A stretch of 55,532 nucleotides of DNA from Chiloscyllium plagiosum (taxonomy: Eukaryota), in contig NC_057746.1 of the NCBI RefSeq assembly GCF_004010195.1, positions 478,397 through 533,928 on the forward strand, read 5' to 3'. Below are positions 39,261 to 51,662 of this stretch, one piece after another. The position numbers were made by a program, and so were the translations under genes. The notes beneath the pieces are model-generated. The model searched no databases. It saw only the letters and a list, made by a program, of their open reading frames with translations, and was not told where the DNA came from. Position 1 is the stretch's first letter. Each line of letters opens with the position of its first letter.

Positions 39261-41559
39261 TCATTGTCTACATCACGCTCTAGATGACCAATGCTCACTT
39301 CCCTTACTCTTTTCCTTTTCTAAATACACTTACAGGTTCTTTCTTTCTAATTAGCATACTCTACTTTCCTTCCTTATTAATCTGTTAGTTATTCTTTTCA
39401 GTACTTTATAACCTATCCAATCTTCTGACCCGCCACTTGTTAAAGTACAGATTTGAATCCCTTATAGACTCTACCTGTAGAGTCTCTCTTTGTTCGTCCT
39501 GGAGATTGTTCTCATTGATAGTCTGGAATAAAAACCCCTTGCAGACAGATTGGTTTAATTTTAGTCATCCCCTTTATTCACTAATAGCATCACTGTTACA
39601 ACATAACACTGATACCTATAAACTAAACTAACTCGGTTCTAATAACTTTGGAGATGAGAGTACCAGCTCTTCAAGTGCCCCAGCAGGCTACTCCGATGTA
39701 CTGATACAAAGTGGCTTCCGTTATACAAAAGTTTACAAAAACACTGCATGTTCTTAATTAGACAGATAACAATAATTAATAAGGAAGAAAAGTTAACTGA
39801 CAGGTCTGTATACACTTGACTAATCACTCCTGCAGGCCCTAAGCTATTCATCAGGTGGGAAAAACATAGGTTAGGTGCTTGCGAGTGAGATAAACTCCTA
39901 TCATAAAGAGGTTCCAGTCTGAGCTAATTGGAGAGTTCATAAGGTAACCTTGCACAGCTCACATGTCTGATACAATTATTTTAGAAAATGGCTTCTTAGC
40001 AACGAGGGCAAACTTTTGACCATAAAATGGCTTCCTGACACATTGTGCCAGAATCCCTTCAATGTTGGACTTAGAATAACTTTTTTTAAAGCTAGGAGCA
40101 GATTCCTGTTTTTAAGCACTGAATCATTCTGTACCTGAGGCTGAGATGTTGCCGTAAGGTTGCATTTAAACTGATTCATTTAAACTTATTTGAATTAAAC
40201 ATGCTTTCTTTCAGGGTTGTGATTCAAATTCAAATAAGACATAAGATCTGATTAATTAGAATTGGTAGTGGGGCAGTTTGTAAGGTCTGTAGAGTGGTCT
40301 GCAAGAACAGCAAGTAAGTTAAAGCTTCATCAATATTACCTTTTACAGAGTTTGTATTTAATAACCAGTAATGGCTACTCCATATTATTATAAAGTCTCA
40401 AAAATTCAATTAAGTTCAAACCATAGCAGGTAAGCACAAAGAGTTAATTTTCTACGGGCTTTGACAGCCCCAGCACGAAAATGGTCTCCGTCTCTCTCTC
40501 TCTCTAGTGTCCTTTTGAACTCTCAAGTCAGGGACTTGTAACAGAAAAATGTTTTTCCCTCTGTGTCTACCCCGCTTGCAAGGGTAAGAAGAATCCATTA
40601 TAATTGATAGGACCTGACTGTTAATTACAAGGCTCTTGATGGTACTGGGTTTTGTTTCCAGGTCAGAATCAAACACTGTCATTAGTTTCACAAGGGAACA
40701 GTGAATGTTACCACTCAGTGTCCTGTTCACACAGATTCACTGATGCTAAGGCAAATGTTCTTAATTGCCTTAGAGCATTCTGTTATCACTTGGTGAGCAC
40801 AGATGTTTTTATCTTCTGCATAACTTGGGACCCCCACCCCTGACTTTTTTTCTGAGCCTCCCTGCCTGTCTATCTTCTAGTGTATAGCAAATGTGTTCTA
40901 TAATTCGACATTACATTATAGACTAAATGTTTAAAGACATGTTTTAAGGCTATAGACTTTCTCACACTCACATTTGTGGAATTGTACACGTTTTCTTTCC
41001 ATTTCAGGCTACACTTAATTTCCTTTCGTTGACCACCTTCCAATGAGAAAGAAGCTTAGTACTCTGAAATATCTCCATAACTGGGTGATTTTGCATCTTC
41101 ATTGACCTATCCCTGAACCTAATTTCTCTGACATCATGCCCTCATTTAAGTTTAAAACCGTAGCCTTCGATCCTCGCTGCACCTCCTCAAATGGAATGGG
41201 ATGTTTGATTATATTGGGATAACTGCTCCCCTGAAGCAACTTTATTCCATGATTATTAATTAACCCTGTCTCATTGCACATTACCAGATGTAACCAACCT
41301 GCTCTCTGGTTTTCCTTATAATATGCTGCTCCATGAAATTATGATTCTATGAAACTGTCCCAAAAACATTTTATGAACTCATCATTCACAGAATTTACCA
41401 ATCTTTCTTACTTATATATTTATAGAATAAAATCACCTATGTTCACTGCTGTACCTTTCTCACAAGTCCCCAATATTTCTTCCTGCGTCGCCCATCCTAC
41501 GATTTGATGGGTCTTGGGGAAAATCACGAACTGCTACGGTCTCCATGGCAACACCTCCA

Positions 41560-41790
41560 TCAGAGTCTAGATCAGAGTGGTGCTGGAAAAGCACAGCAGG
41601 TCAGGCAGCATCGGAGGAGCTCAGGAAAATTGACATTTCGGGAAAAAGCCCTTCATCAGCCCTTCCGGATGAAGGGATTTTACCCGAAACATCGATTTTC
41701 CTGCTCCTCGGATGCTGCCTGACCTGCTGTGCTTTTCCAGCACCACTCTGATTAGACTCTAATCTCCAGCATCTGCAGTACCAACCTCCG
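41560..41790. mobile_element. Palindromic head-to-head dimer of the Penelope terminal repeat
   Basis: 41560-41660 is the reverse complement of 41665-41760, centred between two hammerhead-like cores. Confidence 0.85.
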
Positions 41791-43139
41791 CCTGGTTGAT
41801 TTTAACACCTCAATCAGAGCCCACTTGCCAACCAATCAGTACTCTTCTCTCATATATGTTGTTTTCCCTTTACATTAATATTCATGTGAATTGGTCTGAT
41901 GAGTGCAAATGAAAAACTTCTCAAAAATATGTCTTTTTCTTTAGCAACACTGAAGTTTTGGAGCGACTGAATGACTACTTTTAAACCTAAGACAGAGGTT
42001 ACAACAAAGACCAAACATTAGGATATCAAAAACACAGTGCAACTTCCAGGTAAGTTTTGAACTTTTCTCCATGCTTGTATTAAACTGAAGTAGGTGCCAG
42101 TTTTCATTTCCAAATGTATTGATGATGTGAAGGTCAGACCCAGTCCCCCTGGCTGATGGATGTCTATGAGAGATCAGATATAAGAAACACGCTGTATTTT
42201 TGATCCCTCACCAATGTGGATAACCTCACATTTCTCCATATTCCATTCCATGTGTGAATGTTCTTGTCCACTCACTTAGCCTTTGCAAGTCATCTTGTAC
42301 CCTTCTTACAACCTCCTCTAACATCTAATTTAGTGCCATCTGCCAAGTTGGAAACATTAAATTTAATCCCACATCCCAATAATAAATTTAGATTGTGAAT
42401 AGCCAGATCCCTGGCACAGCTTCCTGTGGTTTCTCACTGATCACAACCTGCTAACCTGAATATGACCCATTTATCCCTACTGTACGGTTTCTGACTGTTA
42501 ATCCTTCAGTATGTTCACCCAAATCACATCAATAAAGCTAAATACTGAAAAGGTGGATGAATTGAGCAGATACTTTGTTTTTGAGGATAAATAAAACTAC
42601 CAAAATAATTAAGAATCAGATGAGAAAAGGAGACAATGAGAATCCCTCAGGAACGGATATTGGAAAAGCTGTCAGAACACACACTGACAAGCTCCCAGAT
42701 CATAGACTTATACAGATGTACAGCATGAAAAAAGACCCTTCAGTCCAACTCATCCAAGCTGACTAGTTATCCTAAATGTATCTAATCCAATTTTCCAGCA
42801 TTTGGCCCATTTCCCTGTAAACCCTTCCTATTTGGGTCCCTTTTAAATGTTGTAATTGTACCAGCCTCCACCACTTCCCCTGGCAGCTCATTCCATACAC
42901 ACGCCACCCTCTGTGTGAAATGAATTGGCTGTGCTAAATTGCCCCTCGTGTTCAGGGGAGTGTTGGTTAGGTGCATTAGTCAGGGGTAAGGGGAATGGTC
43001 TGGGTGGGTTACTCTTTGGAGGGTCGGTTGGGCTAAAGGGCCTGTTTCCACACTGTAGGGATTCTATGAAGTCATCGCTGAGACAAAGGATGCATTTGTT
43101 TTAAATTTCCTAAAGTCCATATAACGGTTTCATCAGGTT

Positions 43140-44630
43140 GAAAAATAATCAACTTGACTCCTCTCTTCAAGAAGTGAGGGAGAGAGACGGTGGGAAAGTA
43201 CAGGTCAGTTAGCTCACTACTGTCACAGGGAAAATGCTGGAATGTTTATTAAAGAGGCTGTAGACAGATACCTCAAAAATCTCAGTGCAATCAGGTTGGG
43301 TCAATGTGCTTTTGTGAAAATGCAATCATATTTGACTAATTTATTTCTTTGAGAAAGTAGCAAGAAACTGGTCAAAGGGAACATTGTGGAAATTGTGACC
43401 TCAGGTTGCCAGAAGGCATTTCACAAGAGACCACATCACAGGTTACCATATGCCAATGGTAACATGTGAAGTTGCATAGACAGAGGATTGATGACCTAAA
43501 ATGAAAGATAGATTATGTAAAAATCTGTCATTTTCAGGTTGGCAAGGTGTGACGAATGAAGTGACATAGTGATCAGTGCAGGGGCCTTAGTTATTTACAA
43601 CGTAGATCAATGATTTGGTTTAAGGAACTAAATATATGGTTACCAGATTTATTGATAATTCAAAGAAAAGCAGGAAAGTTAGTAGTAAACAGACACCGGA
43701 GTCTGCAGAGGGATATAAATGGACAAGCATATGACAGCTGGTTTAGAATATGGACAATATGACATTGACCAAAGGGAAAACAAAGAAAACTTACAACCCA
43801 GGAACAGGCCCTTCGGCCCTCTAAGCCTGAGCCGATCCAAATTCACTCTCTAAACCTGTCACCCAATTCCTAAGCGTCTGTATCCCTCTGCTCCCCACCT
43901 ACTCATGCATCTGTCCAGACACAATGTAAATTAATCTACTGTGCCTGCCTCTGCTACCTCTGCTGACAACGTGTTCCACACACCTTGTCCACTTTGGCAG
44001 CAAGAATAGGGAGCAATATTTCATTTAAACGGAGAGAGACTGTGGAACTCTGAAGGGTTAAGAGTTCTGATACATGATTCACAGAAAGTTAGGATGCAGG
44101 TACAGCAAGTGATTCGGGAGGCTAATTAAATGTTGCAGTTTAATGTAAGAGTTGATGCATAAAAGGATGTTGTGTTAAAGGCATTGGTACTACAGCATCT
44201 GCAGGACCACCCACAGGTCTGATCCCCTCATGTAAGATAAAGATATAGATGTATCAGAAGCCGTTCTGAGAAGGGGTTGCTAGGTTACCTTCCGAGGAAT
44301 GTTGGACAGGTTGGGCCTCTATTCATTATAGATTAGAAGTAGGAGAGATGTTCTTACTGGAACACACGAGATCCTGAGGAGATTTGATAATGTGGATGCT
44401 GAAAAAATGTTTCCTCTTGTGGGAGAGACTAGAATCATTGGATATTTAGTTTAAAAATGAGGGATCTTCCATTCCAATGAACTGGAGAAAATTTCTTTCC
44501 TGTCAGAGGATTGTGAGTCTTCAGAACCTGCTTCTCCAGACAGCAGTGAATGCTGGGACATTAACATGTTTTAAAGGTAGTGTTGATCTATTCTTGACCA
44601 ACCGGGAGTCAAAGGTTATTGGTAGGTTTG
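43140..44630 (+). mobile_element. Old CR1 RT with an inserted antisense CR1 tail (43772-43985)
   Basis: Degenerate YRSVSS...GKMLE...QKAFHK...SVQGP motifs. Confidence 0.7.
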
Positions 44631-44809
44631 GAATTGAGGATTATCCCTGTGGGCCTAGTGACTACTGCTGATCGAGTCTTTTGTTCATTAAATGCAGGTA
44701 GGAATAATGCACTATTCGGATTTACTAATGGCTTTCGATAATTTATCACATGGAAGTCTCTTGAGTAAGGCCAGAACACATAAAATGAAAAGATAAGTTA
44801 CTGCATATA

Positions 44810-45115
44810 GTTCTGGCTGCCACACTAACAAAATGACGTGGAGGTTTTGGAGAGGGTACAGAAACGGTTTACCTGGAGATTGCCTGGTTTGGAGGGTATG
44901 AGCAATAAGGAGAGATTCGACAAACCTGGTTTGTTTTCACTTGAATGGAGACTGAGGGGTGTCCTGATGTATGTTAACAAAATTATGAGAGGCATGGAGA
45001 GAATGAGTTCTCAGAGTCTTTATCCCAGGGTAGAAGTGCCAAACATTAGGGGACATAGGTCTAAAGTGAAGGGGGGAAAGTTCAAAGGAGATGTGAGAAG
45101 CAAGTTTTTTTTGAA
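44810..45115 (+). mobile_element. CR1 ORF2 3-prime fragment
   Basis: LERVQKRFT...RGHRSKVKGGKFKGDVR. Confidence 0.85.
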
Positions 45116-45189
45116 ATCCTAGTTCCCACATTCCTTTCCATCCTCACCTTTTATGGAGATTCTGGCGATCTCTCCCATTCCATTGATAT

Positions 45190-45260
45190 TCAGTCAGTGA
45201 GGAGGTGAGAGTGTGTGAAGGGTTTAATGATCAATATTAGCCCTGGACTGGGCCGATCAC
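45190..45260 (-). CDS. Candidate short cytoplasmic/terminal exon of the class I gene
   Basis: Strong acceptor (cccctgtctgactttccttcag|) about 300 nt after the TM donor; the phase-1 reading gives GDRPSPGLILIIKPFTHSHLLTD-stop. No transcript evidence. Confidence 0.4.
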
Positions 45261-45425
45261 CTGAAGGAAAGTCAGACAGGGGACAGGACGTGTGTATACG
45301 TGTGTATGTGTGTGTGGGGGTTATTCAGTTCCATTCCCCACAGTGCCCTGTACTCCCAGTACAGGAGATTCCCCCACACTCACCCTGTCCCCTCAGTTCC
45401 ACATTCCCCTCTCTCTGATTCTTAC

Positions 45426-45479
45426 CTCTCCAGGGCTTTTTCCAGATGATCATTCCAAATATTGCAGCCATTGCAACGA
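45426..45479 (-). pseudogene. Relic half TM exon in a 141-bp tandem duplication
   Basis: Encodes VVAMAAIFGMIIWKKPWR with its own gtaaga donor, exactly 141 bp from the main TM donor. The adjacent intron sequence is duplicated too (units start at 45344 and 45485). Confidence 0.75.
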
Positions 45480-45566
45480 CTAATTGCCCTGTACTCCCAG
45501 TACAGGAGATTCCCCCACACTGACTCTATCCTCTAAGTTCTACGTTCCCCTCTCTCTGAGTCTTAC

Positions 45567-45674
45567 CTCTGTATGACCGTCTCCAGATGATTATCCCGAA
45601 TAAAGCAGCCAGTCCAGTGACTGATCCAATAATAATAAGTATTACTGAAAGGTGGGGCCACTCTCCGTTTTTTT
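45567..45674 (-). CDS. MHC class I connecting peptide/transmembrane exon
   Basis: Phase1-phase1 exon (ttctag|, or an in-frame alternative acceptor at 45683; donor AGAG|gtaaga) encoding EKNGEWPHLSVILIIIGSVTGLAALFGIIIWRRSYR: a hydrophobic helix followed by a basic stop-transfer segment, downstream of alpha2 on the same strand. Confidence 0.8.
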
Positions 45675-46035
45675 CTAGAATTGCTGAAACACATTTGAAT
45701 AACACCAGTATTATTTTTGTTCCTGGACCCATTCCCAATTTTCTGTTGATTGGGGACAATTTTAACTGATCCCACTCATTGGGAATTGTTTAGATTGATT
45801 GAAATGCTGGTTTGACCCTTATCAGATTTCCCTCTGCAGTGAAGTCCCTGAAGATCCCATTGATGGGGATATAAACATCACATTGTCCCAAACCTCGGGG
45901 TTACCCTCCTGTTCCCCTTCTCCCTGGTGTCTGTGCTCTGTCCTTGTTCAATCCCCAGAGCTACAATGGACAGCCCAGGAGGCAGCATCACTGATGGTTT
46001 TCATATCAAACTTCAAAGGGATGAGGAATAAACAG

Positions 46036-46352
46036 AGTGGCACGGTGGCTCAGTGGTTAGCACTGCTGCCTCACAGCATCAGAGTCCCAGGTTCGATTCT
46101 CAGCCTTGGGTGACTGTCTATGTGGAGTTTGCACATTCTCCCCGTACCTGCGTGGGTTTCCTCCGGGTGCTCTGGTTTCCTCCCACTGTCCAAAGATGTG
46201 CAGGTCGGGTGAATCGGTCATGACTAAATTGCCCAAAGTGTTAGGTGCATTAGTCAGAGGGAAATGGGACTGGGTGGGTTACCCTGCGGAGGGTCAGTGT
46301 GGACTTGTTGGGCCGAAGGGCTTATTTCCACACTGTAGGGAATCTATTCTAA
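46036..46352 (+). mobile_element. HE1-type SINE in a class I intron
   Basis: Full copy flanked by taaac(a/t)ga. Confidence 0.9.
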
Positions 46353-47257
46353 ACTGACTGCGGGAAACTGGGCTGAGCTGATAATGAAGAAAAAGACAGA
46401 GAAACAGAGCTGACATTTAAAAAAAAAAAGCACTTGGTCCAATCTAACTCCAGGATTTGGTCCTAATTTACTGCAGTGAACCCACCACGGTGAAGAGATG
46501 AACTAAGTGAGACTACCCAGCTCAAAGAAAAGGCTCCCACAAATGTCCAGAGATAGTGGGACAGACACTTGGATATGGATCAACTGATCAAACAGAGTAT
46601 GGGTGGATTTGTCAACTTGAAAACTCAAGTGTAAAGCTGACAGTGGAATTTCTTTGGAATTGAGCATCTTTAAAAAGAATAAACACAATGAAACTTTGTT
46701 TTTCTGTTTGTGTTAATGTCTTTCTCAGTGTCCTGTGTTGTTTCTTTTGTGTAATTAACCCGTGCTCTGTGTTTGAAGAGCCTCTGTAGGTTCCTGTGAA
46801 TATGTTTCAGTGTCCGTCAGCACCATAAATAATAAACATGTCAAGAAAATGATCCATCAAGTCAGGCTTTCTAAATATCCTTAAAGCTGGGACTGGGAGG
46901 TTTTGGTTTCTCAAGGAATCAGGGCATCTGGGAAGCAGAGAGTCAAGAGGATTTGAGGACAATGACTAGCCACGGTCACGTTGAATAACAGAGTAGAATT
47001 AGTCGTGTACTTTAAAGTTTTAGGATTTTCAATTAAATTGTGGTGAAAATCATCCATAACCTCGTTGAATGGNNNNNNNNNNNNNNNNNNNNNNNNNNNN
47101 NNNNNNNNNNNNNNNNNNNNNNNNNNNNNNNNNNNNNNNNNNNNNNNNNNNNNNNNNNNNNNNNNNNNNNNNNNNNNNNNNNNNNNNNNNNNNNNNNNNN
47201 NNNNNNNNNNNNNNNNNNNNNNNNNNNNNNNNNNNNNNNNNNNNNNNNNNNNNNNNN

Positions 47258-47531
47258 ACACGCGCACACACGTGCACATGCGCACACACGCGCACACACG
47301 TGCACATGCGCACACACGCGCACACACGTGCACACACGTGCACATGTGCGCACACACGCGCACACGCGCACACGCACACACGTGCACACACACATGCGCA
47401 CACACACACACATGCGCTCAACTATCACCACAGAAACACACGTGCATACGCGGGCCCGCGCGCGCGCACACACACACACGCCCACGCACACACACACACA
47501 CGCACGCACGCCCACACACACACACACACGC
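47258..47531. repeat. Compound (CA/CG) microsatellite
   Basis: Largely alternating purine-pyrimidine tract abutting an N-gap. Confidence 0.95.
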
Positions 47532-48405
47532 AGTAATTCTCGATTGTTATCCAAGAGGGTTCACATTTTCAACGAAAATAGATGTATTCCAGAACTTCAT
47601 CACAGAGTCCTTTACTGGATTGCTTCTGTTCAGTTTGGATTCTAAATTAGATTCCTGATTCGNNNNNNNNNNNNNNNNNNNNNNNNNNNNNNNNNNNNNN
47701 NNNNNNNNNNNNNNNNNNNNNNNNNNNNNNNNNNNNNNNNNNNNNNNNNNNNNNNNNNNNNNNNNNNNNNNNNNNNNNNNNNNNNNNNNNNNNNNNNNNN
47801 NNNNNNNNNNNNNNNNNNNNNNNNNNNNNNNNNNNNNNNNNNNNNNNNNNNNNNNNNNNNNNNNNNNNNNNNNNNNNNNNNNNNNNNNNNNNNNNNNNNN
47901 NNNNNNNNNNNNNNNNNNNNNNNNNNNNNNNNNNNNNNNNNNNNNNNNNNNNNNNNNNNNNNNNNNNNNNNNNNNNNNNNNNNNNNNNNNNNNNNNNNNN
48001 NNNNNNNNNNNNNNNNNNNNNNNNNNNNNNNNNNNNNNNNNNNNNNNNNNNNNNNNNNNNNNNNNNNNNNNNNNNNNNNNNNNNNNNNNNNNNNNNNNNN
48101 NNNNNNNNNNNNNNNNNNNNNNNNNNNNNNNNNNNNNNNNNNNNNNNNNNNNNNNNNNNNNNNNNNNNNNNNNNNNNNNNNNNNNNNNNNNNNNNNNNNN
48201 NNNNNNNNNNNNNNNNNNNNNNNNNNNNNNNNNNNNNNNNNNNNNNNNNNNNNNNNNNNNNNNNNNNNNNNNNNNNNNNNNNNNNNNNNNNNNNNNNNNN
48301 NNNNNNNNNNNNNNNNNNNNNNNNNNNNNNNNNNNNNNNNNNNNNNNNNNNNNNNNNNNNNNNNNNNNNNNNNNNNNNNNNNNNGAACAGAACTGAAATA
48401 CATAC

Positions 48406-48681
48406 CTTTCCTTTCAAAGTATTGTTTTCCAAAGTGTAAGCGTGATTTTAAACGCTCAACAAGTTCCTCTTCCAAGTGCCGTTTCCAATGCTCGTTCCAC
48501 ACTTCATCCGAATCCCAGTTCTCCTTGATCTTCACTGCAAAGTGATTTGCTGCGACCCATCTCATTCTGTCCGGCTCTAAACTGATAAAGTCCTTTCCAT
48601 CAAATCCAACATTCATCGATCTCTTAATAGAGCCATCAGCAGTGATCTCAACAGTCCTTATGAATTGCAAAATATGCACTC
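48406..48681 (-). CDS. Nonclassical MHC class I heavy chain, alpha2 exon
   Basis: 276-nt phase1-phase1 exon (ctttggcag| ... AAAG|gtatgt), the typical alpha2 exon size, encoding GVHILQFIRTVEITADGSIKRSMNVGFDGKDFISLEPDRMRWVAANHFAVKIKENWDSDEVWNEHWKRHLEEELVERLKSRLHFGKQYFERK. Motifs: H-x-x-Q, FDGKDFI, WVAA, K-x-x-W. Confidence 0.95.
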
Positions 48682-48979
48682 CTGCCAAAGATAAAATGAG
48701 AAACAAATTAATTGTTCACTGAAAAGTCCCTTTAAAACCAGACATCATCCTGCTCGCTGAGTGTTACCCTGATGGATTACTTGGAGGGTTCTGTTACAGT
48801 AATAAGATTTCTCAGTGGAATCAGTTTCACATGAATCGATTCCTTGTCATGTAAACTCATAATAAGACACAGGAGCAAGTCATTTGACATTGAGTCTGCT
48901 CTGTTCTTCATTGCCGACTTGATTGTGGCCTTAACTCCACTTTGTTTTTTGCCCCTGACAACCCATCACTCATTTGTAG

Positions 48980-49661
48980 TGTTCTGACACGGGGTAAACT
49001 CTCCTGCTTAATTTAAAACCAGGAAAATATGTAAACATTCGAGTGGCCAAGAACTATGTAAAGTAAAAATTAACAACTTTATTTCTTAAAGTATAACAGA
49101 GAATAATTAACCAACCACTACTTACAATTTCTTTCTCTAACGTATCTTTTACTGCTCCTTTTATAATACTCATCCGATAAAATTCCCAATTAAGATTTAC
49201 TAAACAACACTTCTTATCTCAAAACCAGGCAGCTGCAAGTTCTTGCCTTCAGATCTTCCGGTGTCCTCTTTTCTCCTTGTTAGGAATTTCTGCGTCACAG
49301 GTTACTGATCAAAAAGGTACTTTTAAGAGAGATATTTTTTCAAACAGTCTGTTACATGCTATGTCTTGGCAGTTCCCCTCTCAACTGTTCAATTTTCCCC
49401 AGTCTTATACCCCCAAAGCATCGGATTGCCATTGGCTTCTAAGATTGTCAATGTACTCAATTCAAATGGGATTGGAGTTTGAATTTTTGGGGGGTATAAT
49501 TTAAACTGGTTGGCCTAAGATGACTCTTTTTTTTGTCGTTTCCAGGCAACTCAGCAAGTGCTGTTTGTTCTTAATCAAATATTACTTTGTAAAGTCTCCA
49601 GCACTTGGTATACTTGCCAAGTCCTTCACTCTCTTAAAGGTACACCCACATCTTCAGAACA
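48980..49661. mobile_element. Solo LTR in the class I alpha1-alpha2 intron
   Basis: GTAG|TGTTCTGA...TCAGAACA|GTAG: 8-bp terminal inverted repeat and a perfect 4-bp TSD; it splits a CR1 tail. Confidence 0.9.
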
Positions 49662-50769
49662 GTAGATCAAAAATCTGTCTAAATCAGCCCAGCCTAGATT
49701 TAATTAACTAGTGCGCTGGCAATTACAACCAATGTACCCACCATCTCTGCAACTATTTAAGAATCTAGGGATGCAACCTTTGGGCTCATTAGTTTATCTT
49801 ATATCTTTTCCCTGTAGTGACAATGTTTAGTTTAAGATCCTTTTTCTCTCATGATTTTCTTCTATTTTAAGATTTGGTGTCTTCTGTTTTGAAGTTTACG
49901 ACATTTGTCCAAAGTCATTGCCATTCCCTTGTTTCCCATTATGAAACTCCCCAGTTTGTTTCCAACTCTCTTCACACAGAATCCGGAGGTAGGCCTGGGT
50001 ATTGCTCAGGCACATGTCAGTGCACTAAGTGCTGTGCTCTGCAACGATGGTACCAATGGGCAGAGTGAGAAGTGGGAAGGGACCAAGAATAGATTCAAGG
50101 CAGACACCAGAAGTCACACTAAGGGAACAGGAAGAAATGTCATTAATGCTGATTCTCAGACTGCTTTAGATAGAATGGAATGGATCCAGGCAAGTGAAAT
50201 TCCAACCAGCCAATGGTCTCAAGGCTTGAGGGGAATGCTATGGGCAACTGTATCAATCACTGCTCATCACCACTTCAAATCCTTCAGGCTGGCACTTTGA
50301 CCTTTCAAGTGGTTTGTTTAACCCACAGCTTCTCAGGTCTTCACAAAACAAATGACCTTGCACAGGTGCAGACAAAATTGGATATTTTTAAATGTACCTG
50401 AAAAAAAACCCCACCTTCTGGCCTGGGAATGGCCCTCGTTTCCCAGGCAAGGAATATTTGTAAGCCTTTGTGGTCAAGTTGGCATGAGCTGATTCGTTCC
50501 CTGGCATTTTGTCTGTCCACTGACAGCTCCATTTTGAACAGAATTTTTATGCAAGTTGTAGGTTACTTCACTAACACCTTACAGTAAAGTAACGAGAAAA
50601 GAGTTACTGGAGGAATGAGGAAGAATTTCTCAAGGGAATGACTGCCTGAGAAAGCAGGAAAACAGGGAAACTTATCACCGTCAGGTGATACAATAAATAT
50701 CTGTGGACATTGAGAAGAAAACATTATTGTAATCTGGTAATGATAGCTGACAAGAAAGAAAAGGGAGAT

Positions 50770-50945
50770 CTTTCATGTAGGTGCAGTTACAACATTCAAA
50801 AAATATTTGGATAGGTACATGAATAGGAAAGGTTCATAAAGATATGGGTCAAGGACAGGCAGAAGGGACTTAATTAGTTTGAGAAATCTGGTCAGCATGG
50901 ACAGGTTGGACCGAAGGGTCTGTTTCTGTGCTGTATGACATTATG
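50770..50945 (+). mobile_element. CR1 3-prime end
   Basis: Conserved CR1 3-prime UTR. Confidence 0.8.
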
Positions 50946-51662
50946 GCTGCAAACGGGTTGAGAAAAGGCGAAAAGGGAAAGTGTTTTTTTCAACGCAGTC
51001 AAAGAAAGTGAAGGGATAAGAGCTGTTCCAGGGATGGAAAGCTGATCAGTGGGATGCAGATATGAAGTTCCTGTGAAGATGAACATGCTTTCGGGAGATG
51101 ACCACATATTTAAAGCTCCTGGAGGGGAAAGGGAGGTTGGAGATTAAGCAGCAACAGGACAGGAGTCTAGCTTTTCCTCTTTTACAGGAGAGTGATGATA
51201 ATGGTAGATCTGAAGGAAACAGGGACAGAGGCCAAGGGGTGGGAAATGACAGCAATGACAGCCAAGGCAAAGGCAACGAGACAAAGTAGTAAAACAAGCC
51301 CATTATTCACACGGGCAGTTGGAATGAGGAGTCCATTTACGGGATAGAACAACACCAGTAGGTGGTTTGTGACAACAAACACAGGACCCTGATTGCCAGA
51401 TGGGTATCATTGTTTTACATATTCCTGATTGCAGCTTCTCTGCTGTGCAGAAGCTGATTCCATACGATAGCGTGCATTCAGTGAAGAATTTGCTGCCAAT
51501 TGGTGACTAGGTAGCCGCTCCACAGCTGTCTAATACAGTTGTGGTCAGAGTGTCCCAAATCGTGTATGTCTCAGTCTCAACCTATTGCAGTCTAACTGTG
51601 GTTGTATCCCGATCTGCTTTAAACAGGGCAGTTAGTGGGAGAATCTGTATCAGTAATCTTAC

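Noticed and set aside
45900-46400. Strong minus-strand acceptor near 46378 as a SINE-disrupted alpha3 exon
   Set aside because: After removing the SINE all three frames stop and no Ig-C1 cysteine or tryptophan motifs appear.
1632-48706. Long ORFs made of X runs or microsatellite (e.g. 1654-2394, 19468-20745, 47033-47658)
   Set aside because: Artefacts of N-gaps and CA repeats; only the alpha2 portion of 47642-48706 is a real host exon.
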